A stretch of 64,000 nucleotides of DNA from a virus. The first letter of the stretch is position 1. Each line of letters opens with the position of its first letter. The notes below the pieces were generated by a model. It had not been told where the DNA came from. It saw nothing but the letters and a program-made list of their open reading frames with translations, and did no database searches. A program made the position numbers and the translations under genes. Positions 36,685-45,007 of the stretch are shown piece by piece. The stretch is from IMG/VR virus record IMGVR_UViG_3300029057_000206; one strand, 5' to 3'.

Positions 36685-36756
36685 AGCATGTGACGGGTCT
36701 CGAACCCGCCCGTCCTGCTTGGAAGGCAGGTGTGCCGCCAACAACACTTCACATGC
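36685..36756 (-). tRNA. tRNA-Gly(TCC)
   Basis: Acceptor GCATGTG/CACATGC. Anticodon arm cctgcCTTCCAAgcagg. T-arm gcgggTTCGAGAcccgt. Confidence 0.7.
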
Positions 36757-37261
36757 ATGCGGATAAAAGAAGTGCCTGTTTTCTCTTATCCATTCAGTTT
36801 TTTTACCGCATCGCTGCGGAGTGGACAGGAGTGGTAACGATCCACCCTGTAAGGATTTTCAGTCCTTCGCTAATCCATCTCAGCTACCTGTCCATGGCTT
36901 TTTCTGCAATAAAAAAGCCGCATCAAGAAATTTCCTCTTCTCTCTGCGGTCATCTGCGTTTTGCAATATTTCGGTTTTAAGTGCCTGGTTTAAAATCGAA
37001 ATCGACCGCGGGAAGGTGTATCATAATAGTTCTGTCCCCATGTTTTCCCGGATTTTGAGCATGAGAAACTAAACATATTGCTGAAATCGCCGTATGTTCT
37101 ACAATCATTATTAAAATTTTTACTACTCATCATCTTTAACATGGTTTTCTTTTCCTTTCATTTTAATTAATGCTGGATAAACAAAAAGCCCGTCACTTAA
37201 CTCAAAGCTACACATCCAAATAGCTCTGAGTTAAAAGACAGGCACTTCTTTTATCTCATGC
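36755..37261. repeat. ~500-bp segment bounded by ~24-bp inverted repeats (gcatgcggataaaagaagtgcctgt / acaggcacttcttttatctcatgc) that abuts the 5' end of tRNA-Gly
   Basis: The IRs can be read directly, with one indel. The interior has no convincing ORF. Confidence 0.45.
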
Positions 37262-37302
37262 ACCTATCATATCATACTGATCGTGAAGTGTCAACAGGAA
37301 AT

Positions 37303-37380
37303 TTAAAAAAGGTTATTTTTGGTTATTTTGGTTATTTTTCAAAATAAAACAAAATAAAACAAAATAAAACAAATAAAAAT
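37303..37380. repeat. AT-rich tandem repeats (ggttatttt x3, caaaataaaa x3-4)
   Basis: Directly visible. Confidence 0.7.
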
Positions 37381-37406
37381 CTCCGCCAAAATAGACGGAG
37401 ATTTGA
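37375..37406 (-). terminator. terminator of the minus-strand gene 37410..38030
   Basis: tctccgtctattttggcggaga followed by a T-run (reverse complement). Confidence 0.5.
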
Positions 37407-37409
37407 AAA

Positions 37410-38030
37410 TTAACAGGTTAATTCGTAGTCGTACAGATCGAGCGGCGTTTTGTTTCCGCTGGACCACTCAAACTCTTCGTTGTCCCAAATGCTGCGGGCG
37501 TTGTTCAGATTGATCTCATCCGTCAATACCTTTTCTTCGATATTAATGAACCGTTCCAAAGATTCTTTGAAGCGGTTGATGACTTCCTCGGGATTCTTTG
37601 AATGCCAGCTGTATTCGTCGAAAAACCTTCCACTGGCGGTAATTGTTAATTTCTCGCCGTTATCCGACAATCCAGATAGTTCAAGTGTAACCATTCCCTC
37701 GGAAATATCGCTATAATATTCGCCTGGTTTGTTGGTATCGTTGATTTTGTTCCCTAGTTCTTCCGCTTTTTCCATCATGCCCCAAATTTCCCCTGGAAGC
37801 GTAAGGTAGTCTTCTGGATAGTATTCCACGGTTGGGTTGATTTCCTCTTGCAGGAGATCTTCAACAAAATTGTCTCCTTTAAAAATAGCAAAAGAGTCGA
37901 CACCTCTTGCGGAAACCTCAACTTTCCCGCATTTGCATGGGAATATTTTAAAAAGTCTTCTATCTCGAGTGTCATAAGCTACTGAAAAAATGCCGCATTC
38001 TTTGCATTTAAAATTTCTTTGTGTTTTCAT
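37410..38030 (-). CDS. hypothetical protein with an N-terminal zinc-ribbon (CKECG...CKCG)
   Basis: The start was set at the ATG preceded by leader module L. The track ORF extends further, to 38195. Confidence 0.55.
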   Translation of the reverse strand: MKTQRNFKCKECGIFSVAYDTRDRRLFKIFPCKCGKVEVSARGVDSFAIFKGDNFVEDLLQEEINPTVEYYPEDYLTLPGEIWGMMEKAEELGNKINDTNKPGEYYSDISEGMVTLELSGLSDNGEKLTITASGRFFDEYSWHSKNPEEVINRFKESLERFINIEEKVLTDEINLNNARSIWDNEEFEWSSGNKTPLDLYDYELTC

Positions 38031-38088
38031 GATTTTTCTCCCTTCATCAATGGTTTTATTTACACTTTTAATATGAAATATTAAAAAT
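38031..38088 (-). promoter_or_regulatory. leader module L (minus strand)
   Basis: The reverse complement reads tttcatattaaaagtgtaaataaaaccattgatgaagggagaaaaatcATG. Confidence 0.5.
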
Positions 38089-38105
38089 ATTTCAAAAAAT
38101 TTCCC

Positions 38106-38152
38106 GGAAATTTTTGACGAAATTTCAAAAGGCGCAATATATGTAATGAAAG
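38106..38152 (+). promoter_or_regulatory. promoter element P copy 7 (divergent from the leader L just upstream)
   Basis: aaatttttgacgaaatttcaaaaggcgcaatatatgtaatg. Confidence 0.5.
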
Positions 38153-38168
38153 GAGGAGGAAATACAAA

Positions 38169-38501
38169 TTGAAATGTTTGACATGCAAGAAACACTGGTC
38201 GCAGGGAGGCCGCTGTTCAGAGAACGTGAGAAACTGCCTGCATTATGAGGAAGAACCAAGAGGAAAAATGGTCCGCACAGAACTGTCTTTTCGTATGGAT
38301 GCAGAGGCGGAAACTCCGGTGGTCAGATTTGGAGAGAAAATACTGGTTTCCGATGGTTCAAAAGCGGTCGAGATGACTGTGGTCAAGATCAACTGGGTTA
38401 ATCTTCGGGATATGCTCTGCAATGTATCCGCGGATTATCATGAGAATGAGATGCCGCGATTTGAGAAAGAAAAGAAGTTCAAAGCATTACATGGAAAATA
38501 G
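38169..38501 (+). CDS. hypothetical protein (TTG start with a strong RBS aaaggaggagg)
   Basis: 110-aa ORF. Confidence 0.4.
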   Translation: MKCLTCKKHWSQGGRCSENVRNCLHYEEEPRGKMVRTELSFRMDAEAETPVVRFGEKILVSDGSKAVEMTVVKINWVNLRDMLCNVSADYHENEMPRFEKEKKFKALHGK

Positions 38502-38608
38502 TTGCATTCCAGTGGAATGCATGGGGTGAAAGAAATAGGCAAATCGCATGACAATTTCTGAAATTAAATTGTTGCGCTCCCGTGGAGGGGGGCGTATGGA
38601 TTGAAATG
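38501..38608 (+). CRISPR. mini-array: 2 degenerate I-C-like repeats and 1 spacer (36 nt)
   Basis: Repeats gttgcattccagtggaatgcatggggtgaaag and gttgcgctcccgtggaggggggcgtatggattgaaat. Spacer aaataggcaaatcgcatgacaatttctgaaattaaatt. Confidence 0.6.
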
Positions 38609-38660
38609 TGGAATCCTGTGATTGGCACATACTTGGGTGTAGTGCAGAAAAAGTGACCCA

Positions 38661-38936
38661 TTACAGATCACTTTCGATGAAAATTTGCTTTGCGATTTTT
38701 CCGATCACCCAATTTGGAATGTCGCTGCGGCATCCAGAATGGATTTCTCCGTTTTCAACAAAAAAGAATGCGGATTCTTCCGTTTTCATGCGGTCTAAAG
38801 CTTGCGCAGAAAAATATAAGGAATGGTGGAAGTCGCATCTTTGTGCCTCCTCATATGTATGGACTTCCTCTATTTTCCCATCGATCAGGCTGACACAGCC
38901 GGACCAGAACTCTTTTCCTTCGAATATTGCTGCCAT
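38661..38936 (-). CDS. hypothetical protein
   Basis: 91 aa, preceded by leader L on the minus strand. Confidence 0.5.
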   Translation of the reverse strand: MAAIFEGKEFWSGCVSLIDGKIEEVHTYEEAQRCDFHHSLYFSAQALDRMKTEESAFFFVENGEIHSGCRSDIPNWVIGKIAKQIFIESDL

Positions 38937-38990
38937 GTTTTGCTCCTTTCAAAATACTTTCGTTTACACTTTCAATATGAAATGAAAATA
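38937..38990 (-). promoter_or_regulatory. leader module L (minus strand)
   Basis: The reverse complement reads tttcatattgaaagtgtaaacgaaagtattttgaaaggagcaaaacATG. Confidence 0.5.
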
Positions 38991-39005
38991 TTTCAAAACA
39001 TTTCC

Positions 39006-39052
39006 AAAAACTTTTGACGATTTTTTAAATGGCGCAATATGTATCATGTAAA
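39006..39052 (+). promoter_or_regulatory. promoter element P copy 8
   Basis: aaacttttgacgattttttaaatggcgcaatatgtatcatg. It contains a 14/15 match to spacer S1 of array 4. Confidence 0.5.
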
Positions 39053-39190
39053 GGTCATAAACCGAGCTGCCAGGGTTATCGGCTGGCAGAAATCTTTTCG
39101 ATATTTGTTTACACTCCGGGGAAACCCGGAAGGGGTAGTGAGGACGCAGCGTGTGCTGTTTCCGGGTTCGATTCCCGGGTATCCCTTTTG
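39045..39190 (+). ncRNA. structured small RNA family A copy 3
   Basis: gctgccagggttatcggctggcag...ccgggttcgattcccgg followed by a U-run. A second similar terminator hairpin lies at 39402-39435. Confidence 0.45.
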
Positions 39191-39464
39191 ACTGCCACAT
39201 ACGGTCTTCTCAAAATTCAGCCGTCTGCGGCCTGTGGAACTTTCCACTGGACCAAAATAACGATAACCGCCAGAATAACAGCAGCGTGCGTTGGCGTGAG
39301 AACTATCGGCGCACAGGGATTACTCCTTTCATATTTATCTATCAAACCTTTCCGTACATCGTATGGAAAGGTTATGGGACAGCAGGTGCATAGACATGAA
39401 CTATTCCGGGATCGTTTCCCGGATGTTCCATTTTTAAAACATTAAAACAAATCATAGGAGGGAA

Positions 39465-40193
39465 TTGATGATGGAGAAAGAAGTAGTATATGTTGCAGAA
39501 CTGGATTCCGATGTTGATGATGTCGTTGCGGCACATTACTTATTTAACGAGGGTGTGTTAAAGTGTGTAGTATGCGATCCATATCCAAGAACACCGGAGG
39601 GGTTGGCACGAAAGGGAAAGCTGGAAGCGCTTGGCATCGATGTGGTTAAGAAAATGCCACCGGTTGCAAAATATGTGTTTGTTGGCGGCGCTCTTACGGC
39701 TGTTGCTGGCTATATCCGGATGCACCATGTCGACTGGCTGGTAATGAACGGAGGCTTTGTTGGAGCAAATATTGCGACCTTTGAACTGGATAAGTTCAAG
39801 GGGAAGAACACTGTCCGTACCTTCAATTTCAACTGCGATGTTGTGGCTGCAGATACGGTTTTGAAAACTGATGAGAAGCATATTTCTCATATTGTTCTTG
39901 TCGGAAAAAACGTCTGCCATGACGTCCGAAATACGAAAAATGGTCTCTGGAGTGGCGAGAAATACAAGAAATTGTTCGATGAGTACCGGGTTAAGGATGA
40001 GAAGCGTCAACACGACTTGCTTGCCTGCCATGAGGGGCTTGCATTTCTGCGGGGAACCAATGCGATCTGTGAGTATGAGATGGTAAGACCATACAACACA
40101 GGCTTGAATGGCAAGCTGACGCAGTGGGGTAGCACAAAAACCATGGAAACACCATATCGCGAAGTGCTTGCTGCTGTTGGCTACCAGAATTAA
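39465..40193 (+). CDS. hypothetical protein
   Basis: 242 aa. RBS aggaggg. Confidence 0.5.
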   Translation: MMMEKEVVYVAELDSDVDDVVAAHYLFNEGVLKCVVCDPYPRTPEGLARKGKLEALGIDVVKKMPPVAKYVFVGGALTAVAGYIRMHHVDWLVMNGGFVGANIATFELDKFKGKNTVRTFNFNCDVVAADTVLKTDEKHISHIVLVGKNVCHDVRNTKNGLWSGEKYKKLFDEYRVKDEKRQHDLLACHEGLAFLRGTNAICEYEMVRPYNTGLNGKLTQWGSTKTMETPYREVLAAVGYQN

Positions 40194-40195
40194 AA

Positions 40196-40300
40196 GCTGC
40201 ATCATGTGCGGGGGTGTATGGATTGAAATGTCGGAGTATGGTGTAAGAATCATATATATTCCTACGTTGTGCTCCTCCCGGTTGGTGCACGGGTTGAAAT
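40196..40300 (+). CRISPR. mini-array: 2 degenerate repeats and 1 spacer (36 nt), abutting the stop codon of the previous gene
   Basis: Repeats gctgcatcatgtgcgggggtgtatggattgaaat and gttgtgctcctcccggttggtgcacgggttgaaat. Confidence 0.55.
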
Positions 40301-40531
40301 ATAGTTCTAAAAATGGTTGGAAGACCTGTTTTTTGGTTACACCCATTGTCAGCTGTAAACCACAGTTAAGGCTTTCGGATGCGGTTAAAGTTTAAAAAGG
40401 CAACACCGCCAGATGGCTGTTCCTTTCGCGCCCTGAGATCAAGAAATCATTATGGGGCGGGCACTTACCAAATGAACTTGAAAGAAAGATCTACGTGGAA
40501 TCCATGATCCACAGGACAAAGGATAATCCCA

Positions 40532-40888
40532 TTGTCCTTTATGACTTTGATGACAGGTTTTACCAGTGCATGTACATGCTCCACTATGCGTGAAGATGGC
40601 ACAGTCGCTGAAAGACGGTTCTTAAAACTCCCGGCAGAATACGACTCTCTGCAACATAAGATCGATCATATCAAACGTGCACGGCACCATGGTTCCAGAC
40701 GTGTTTCAAACCTCTGGGCATATGCAGACGACGTCAATAAAGACATTGTTGTAAAAACAGCCCAGTTTGTTACGGATACTGCCGTGCTGCATGTTAACAG
40801 CATGCAGTTGCGGTGTTATCACTGTGTCCTCAGTCAGCGAGTCCATACGGGAAAACAGGTATGGAAGCACGCGAATTTAGTCATGTGA
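40532..40888 (+). CDS. hypothetical protein (weak)
   Basis: 118-aa ORF with no clear RBS. Confidence 0.3.
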   Translation: MSFMTLMTGFTSACTCSTMREDGTVAERRFLKLPAEYDSLQHKIDHIKRARHHGSRRVSNLWAYADDVNKDIVVKTAQFVTDTAVLHVNSMQLRCYHCVLSQRVHTGKQVWKHANLVM

Positions 40889-40998
40889 GACTTCACGGCC
40901 GGCCGCCGAAAGGACGTACACTACAAAAGCCTTTTGCACCTGACTTTTCTGTGGTATACTGAAAATATAAAAGATATTTCAAGGAGAAGGCAGAGAAA

Positions 40999-41871
40999 AT
41001 GAGAAAAAGTGTGAAAGATTTTGGAAATTTTGTAAGAAAAGACAATTACCCGGAGCTTCCAGAAGAATTGAAAGAATTTAACTATTTTTTGAGTGATGGC
41101 GAGACGGGACATGTGATCATGGCTGTGCCTGAGCACACTTTGAATAAAGCAGAAGAAAATGTGGATGAACTGGATGATTACGAATGTCCAGTTCCAGTGG
41201 CATATGTTCTTAAGAATGGCTATCGGCTGTATAAGAACCATGTAATATGCCAGGTTCCGTACGATGAGAAACTGGGGGTGCGTATTCCGGAAGAATATTA
41301 CGAACCGTCGATTATTTCTACAGATGCCGGGGAAGCAGAGAATCCGGTGTCCGGAGAGTTCCCTTATGAGAAAAGGAAATGCTATCCAGAATTTGCAAAC
41401 CATGCAGAAGCTGTAGTTGCGGATATCGTTAAGGATTACGTGCAGATCCGCGTATTTTTTAAAAATCCTACAGAAAACGAGATTGCACAGTTTTCTCCGG
41501 ATGCCAGACTGAAAATTCGTTTTACGGAGATGGATGGAACCTGTCTGTTTACCGTTAAAGCTGGTGATTTGTCATGGATGGATGCACCATACCATGCAAA
41601 ACTTGCAAAAGATTTGTCTGGATTCGACTTTACAGGTGAAAGTGAGATTCCGTTATATCTCCTCCTGATCGACTCATCGAATGGTGAGGTCAAAGCGGTT
41701 CGAAATGTCCAGTTGTCAGAAGAGTTTTCCAGCAAATTGAGAAATCTGGTGGATCGTCAGGTCAACTCTGATTTTGATAAAAAGAAATATGCGGATATAT
41801 TGTCCAACATTTATCTCCTTTTTTCATCGGATGAGCTGGCGGATGCCAGCACCATTAAGTGTCAGTGGTAG
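40999..41871 (+). CDS. hypothetical acidic protein immediately upstream of array 3
   Basis: 290 aa. RBS aaggagaagg. Confidence 0.5.
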   Translation: MRKSVKDFGNFVRKDNYPELPEELKEFNYFLSDGETGHVIMAVPEHTLNKAEENVDELDDYECPVPVAYVLKNGYRLYKNHVICQVPYDEKLGVRIPEEYYEPSIISTDAGEAENPVSGEFPYEKRKCYPEFANHAEAVVADIVKDYVQIRVFFKNPTENEIAQFSPDARLKIRFTEMDGTCLFTVKAGDLSWMDAPYHAKLAKDLSGFDFTGESEIPLYLLLIDSSNGEVKAVRNVQLSEEFSSKLRNLVDRQVNSDFDKKKYADILSNIYLLFSSDELADASTIKCQW

Positions 41872-41891
41872 GTAAGAAGATATACTTTACT

Positions 41892-42110
41892 GTTGCGCCC
41901 CATTGGGTGCATGGGTTGAAATCTTTATGACCTTCTGAAAAGTGAGGGCATCTTAGTTGCACCCCCGCAAGGGATGTATGGGTTGAAATTCAATAGAAAC
42001 AGATGCATTCGAAGGCGTTACAAGTTGCACCCCGCGAGGGGTGTATGGGTTGAAATTGCAGAAAGCTCAGGATTGGAAGGTTGCATCCTATGGGATGCAT
42101 GGATTGAAAC
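41892..42110 (+). CRISPR. CRISPR array 3: 4 degenerate repeats and 3 spacers (34, 34, 23 nt)
   Basis: Repeats gttgcgccccattgggtgcatgggttgaaat, gttgcacccccgcaagggatgtatgggttgaaat, gttgcaccccgcgaggggtgtatgggttgaaat and gttgcatcctatgggatgcatggattgaaac. Confidence 0.75.
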
Positions 42111-42205
42111 GAACATATTTGTTATTATTTATTATTGAGATCAGAAAGGTCTGCAGTCAGTTAATCTGGCTGCAGATTTTTTTTGCAATTTTTTAAAAAT
42201 TTTCC

Positions 42206-42252
42206 AAAATCTTTTGACGATTTTTTAAAAGGCGCAATATACATATTGAAGG
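42206..42252 (+). promoter_or_regulatory. promoter element P copy 9. It contains an exact 15-nt match (42204-42218) to spacer S1 of array 4, overlapping the -35-like TTGACG
   Basis: ttccaaaatcttttgacgattttttaaaaggcgcaatatacatattg. Confidence 0.55.
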
Positions 42253-42445
42253 GATAAACAGGGGCTTACCGTTTGTTTCTTCAATAAGAGTTTTTCTCTT
42301 ATATGCCTCCTTAAGTTTCCTGCGCTGCATTTACAGCATTTTGGCAGCGCAGGGGGAATCCACAGGACTGCATTTGACGTTGTGTGGCGGCCTGCTCATC
42401 CGGTTCAACCCCGGAGGATTCCCTTACCGCTTATTTTTGCGGAGA
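42250..42445 (+). ncRNA. promoter-P-driven structured RNA, family B copy 2
   Basis: Hairpin cctgcgctgc/gcagcgcagg. Its 3' end catccggttcaaccccggaggattccc is homologous to 11790-11830. A T-run terminator follows. Confidence 0.35.
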
Positions 42446-42467
42446 CAAAAATTTTAAAAAATATTCA

Positions 42468-42514
42468 AAAATTCTTTGACGATTTTTTAAAAGGCGCAAT
42501 ATGTGTATTGAAGG
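42468..42514 (+). promoter_or_regulatory. promoter element P copy 10 (proximal promoter of the cas operon)
   Basis: aaattctttgacgattttttaaaaggcgcaatatgtgtattg. Confidence 0.55.
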
Positions 42515-42547
42515 AATAAACAGGGGCTTGCCGCTGTTGATTACCAG

Positions 42548-42578
42548 AGTTAAAAGTTGTGCCCCTATGGGGTGCATG
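42548..42578 (+). repeat. solitary degenerate CRISPR repeat (gttgtgcccctatggggtgcatgggtaataag) between promoter P10 and the cas5c RBS
   Basis: Matches the local repeat consensus at ~24/31 positions. There is no adjacent spacer or second repeat. Confidence 0.45.
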
Positions 42579-42595
42579 GGTAATAAGAGAAAGGA

Positions 42596-43270
42596 ATGGA
42601 AAAAGAAAAAATGGGAGTGAAACTAAAAGTCTGGGGAGATTACGCATTGTTCACCAGACCAGAACTGAAAACTGAACGGTATACATACGATGTGATGACA
42701 CCGTCGGCGGCTAGAGGAATTCTGGAATCTATCTACTGGCATCCGGGACTTCGGTGGTATGTAGACAAGATTCATGTATTAAATCCGATTGCCACTACGA
42801 GCGTGAGAAGAAATGAACTTCTCAGTAAGATACCAAAGTCAAATATGCTGCAGGCATACAACGGCGGGGATGTGAAACTGTATAACTCGTCAAGAGACGA
42901 TATTATCCAGAGGGCATCTGTTATTCTCCGGGATGTCTGCTATGTGATTGAGGCGCATTTTGAAATGACAGGGAAAGCGAGCCCAACAGACAGCCCGGCA
43001 AAGTTTATAAGTATCTTTAACAACAGGGCAAGAAAAGGGGCATGTTATTCGATGCCGTATTTTGGTGTAAGGGAATTCCCGGCACACTTTGAACTCTGCG
43101 AAGGAGATGAAAAGATCCCATCCTACTATGAAGGACTTCCGGACAAAGATCTCGGGCTGATGCTTTATGATCTGGATTACTCCTGCGGTAGAGATATCCA
43201 GCCAATGTATTATCATGCGATTATGAAAAACGGCGTTATTGACGTTGGGAACAGTGAGGTGCTTCGATGA
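42596..43270 (+). CDS. cas5c: Cas5c (Cas5d), the type I-C pre-crRNA-processing Cascade subunit
   Basis: The N-terminus has the hallmark VKLKVWGDYALFTRPE. 224 aa. Confidence 0.85.
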   Translation: MEKEKMGVKLKVWGDYALFTRPELKTERYTYDVMTPSAARGILESIYWHPGLRWYVDKIHVLNPIATTSVRRNELLSKIPKSNMLQAYNGGDVKLYNSSRDDIIQRASVILRDVCYVIEAHFEMTGKASPTDSPAKFISIFNNRARKGACYSMPYFGVREFPAHFELCEGDEKIPSYYEGLPDKDLGLMLYDLDYSCGRDIQPMYYHAIMKNGVIDVGNSEVLR

Positions 43271-45006
43271 TCCTTCAGTCACTTGTGAAATTATATGAAA
43301 CACTTGCGGATCAGGGAAAAGTGTCCCGTCCTGGCTGGTGTAATGCAAAGGTATCCTATGCGGTGGTTTTAAACCATGATGGGACGATTAAAGATATTGT
43401 TTCCGTGAAACAGAAAGTGAAGAGAGGAAAGAAGACTGTTGAAATTCCAATAATTATGCAGGTTCCAGAGATGGTCACCCGCGCTAACAACATTGCCTCC
43501 AGCTTTCTCTGCGAAAATGCAAAGTATCTCTTTGGGATTGACGAAAAGATGAGTTTGCGTACACTGGAATGTTTTAAGGCGGCAAAGAAAAAACATCTTG
43601 ATATTCTTGATGTTGTGGATTCACCTGTAGCACAGACGGTATGTAACTTTTTCCGTTCATGGGATCCGGAACAGGCGTTGGATCAACCGGCTGTTGCAAA
43701 ACTTGCAGAAGAGTTTTATAAAGGCGGAAACCTCGTTTTTGAAGTAGATGGGGAATATGTGCATGATAATGAAGAAGTCCGCAGGGCATGGATGGATTAC
43801 AGCAGTGTACCATATGAAATGGTAACTGGAAGATGCCTTATTACTGGAGAGGAAGCGGAGATTGCCCGCACGCACGGGAAAATCAAAGGAGTTCCGGGAG
43901 CACAGTCATCTGGCGCGTCGCTTGTATCATTTAACGGAGCATCCCTTGAGTCTTATGAAAAAACACAGAGCTACAACGCGCCGATTAGCACCTATGCGGC
44001 GTATGCATATGTGACCGCGCTGAATTACTTGCTTTCTACGGACGGGTATCACAGCAAGGTAGGAGATTCCATGGTGGTTTTCTGGACAGATTCCGGGGAT
44101 GTGGATGATGTGAGCAGACTGCGGAAGATGATGGGAAGCATCAATGAAAAGGATCACACCCCTACAGATACGGATGAAAAACTGTACGTCCTCTGCCTTG
44201 CACCAAATGCCGGGCGAATTGCAGTCCGGTTCTTCTATGAGGATGCGATCGGGGTAATCTGGGAAAACCTGTCCGAACATGCCAGTCGGATGAAGATTGT
44301 AAAACCAGTATTTGAGGATCAAGAATTTATCAATATCTGGCAGATGCTCATGGAGACAGTCAACCAGAATCTTACAGATAAAACACCTGTCCCGCATATG
44401 TCAGCAATGACGTTACAGTCAGTCATTTCGGATACACCGTATCCGCAGAGTCTGTATGCAGGTGTGTTATCTCGTATCCGCGCGGAGCACAAAGGTGTTA
44501 CTTACAGAAAAGCATCGATTATTAAAGCTTTTTTAATAAAGAACTACAAATGGGAGGAAGGAAAAAATATGGAAGCATTAAATGAAGGCTGTAAGGATCG
44601 GGCATATATCCTTGGAAGACTGTTTGCGGTTATGGAAAAGGCACAGAAAGAAGCAGTTGGCAATATCAACCAGACAATTTGTGATAAGTTTTACAATTCC
44701 GCGTGCACAACACCAAGATCGATCTTTCCAGTACTGATCAGGCTATCTAACAGTCATTTAAGTAAGTTGAAACGGACAAAACCGGGGAGAGGATATTATT
44801 TTACAGCTAAAATGCAGGATTTAATGGATAAAATTCCGGTAACAGATGATGATCCGGGATTCCCGCGGCGTTTCTCATATGAGGATCAGGGTAAGTTTGC
44901 ACTTGGTTATTATCATCAGATGCGGGCGGAATATACAAGCAGTAAGTTAAAAGATAATGATTCAGAAGGTGATCAGACAAATGCAGAGAATATGGAGGAA
45001 AACTAA
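43267..45006 (+). CDS. cas8c: Cas8c (Csd1), the type I-C large subunit
   Basis: The N-terminus MILQSLVKLYETL is typical of Csd1. 579 aa. Its start overlaps the cas5c stop. Confidence 0.85.
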   Translation: MILQSLVKLYETLADQGKVSRPGWCNAKVSYAVVLNHDGTIKDIVSVKQKVKRGKKTVEIPIIMQVPEMVTRANNIASSFLCENAKYLFGIDEKMSLRTLECFKAAKKKHLDILDVVDSPVAQTVCNFFRSWDPEQALDQPAVAKLAEEFYKGGNLVFEVDGEYVHDNEEVRRAWMDYSSVPYEMVTGRCLITGEEAEIARTHGKIKGVPGAQSSGASLVSFNGASLESYEKTQSYNAPISTYAAYAYVTALNYLLSTDGYHSKVGDSMVVFWTDSGDVDDVSRLRKMMGSINEKDHTPTDTDEKLYVLCLAPNAGRIAVRFFYEDAIGVIWENLSEHASRMKIVKPVFEDQEFINIWQMLMETVNQNLTDKTPVPHMSAMTLQSVISDTPYPQSLYAGVLSRIRAEHKGVTYRKASIIKAFLIKNYKWEEGKNMEALNEGCKDRAYILGRLFAVMEKAQKEAVGNINQTICDKFYNSACTTPRSIFPVLIRLSNSHLSKLKRTKPGRGYYFTAKMQDLMDKIPVTDDDPGFPRRFSYEDQGKFALGYYHQMRAEYTSSKLKDNDSEGDQTNAENMEEN

Positions 45007-45007
45007 G

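Noticed and set aside
35384-37072. Protein ORFs overlapping the tRNA array (35384-35590, 35439-35729, 35497-35739, 35765-35992, 36469-36747, 36669-36980, 36821-37072)
   Set aside because: They coincide with tRNA genes or the IR-flanked non-coding segment. They have no RBS and their translations are Arg/Pro/Gly-rich.
40380-40530. Short frame encoding ...LWGGHLPNELERKIYVESMIHR..., suggestive of an IS200 TnpA C-terminus
   Set aside because: Only the WGGH tetrapeptide resembles TnpA. There is no HUH motif, and no start or RBS.
44957-45006. The ORF-track start of cas7c at 44957
   Set aside because: It overlaps the cas8c C-terminus by 50 nt. ATG 45008 has an RBS (ggagga), and the conserved Csd2 N-terminus begins there.
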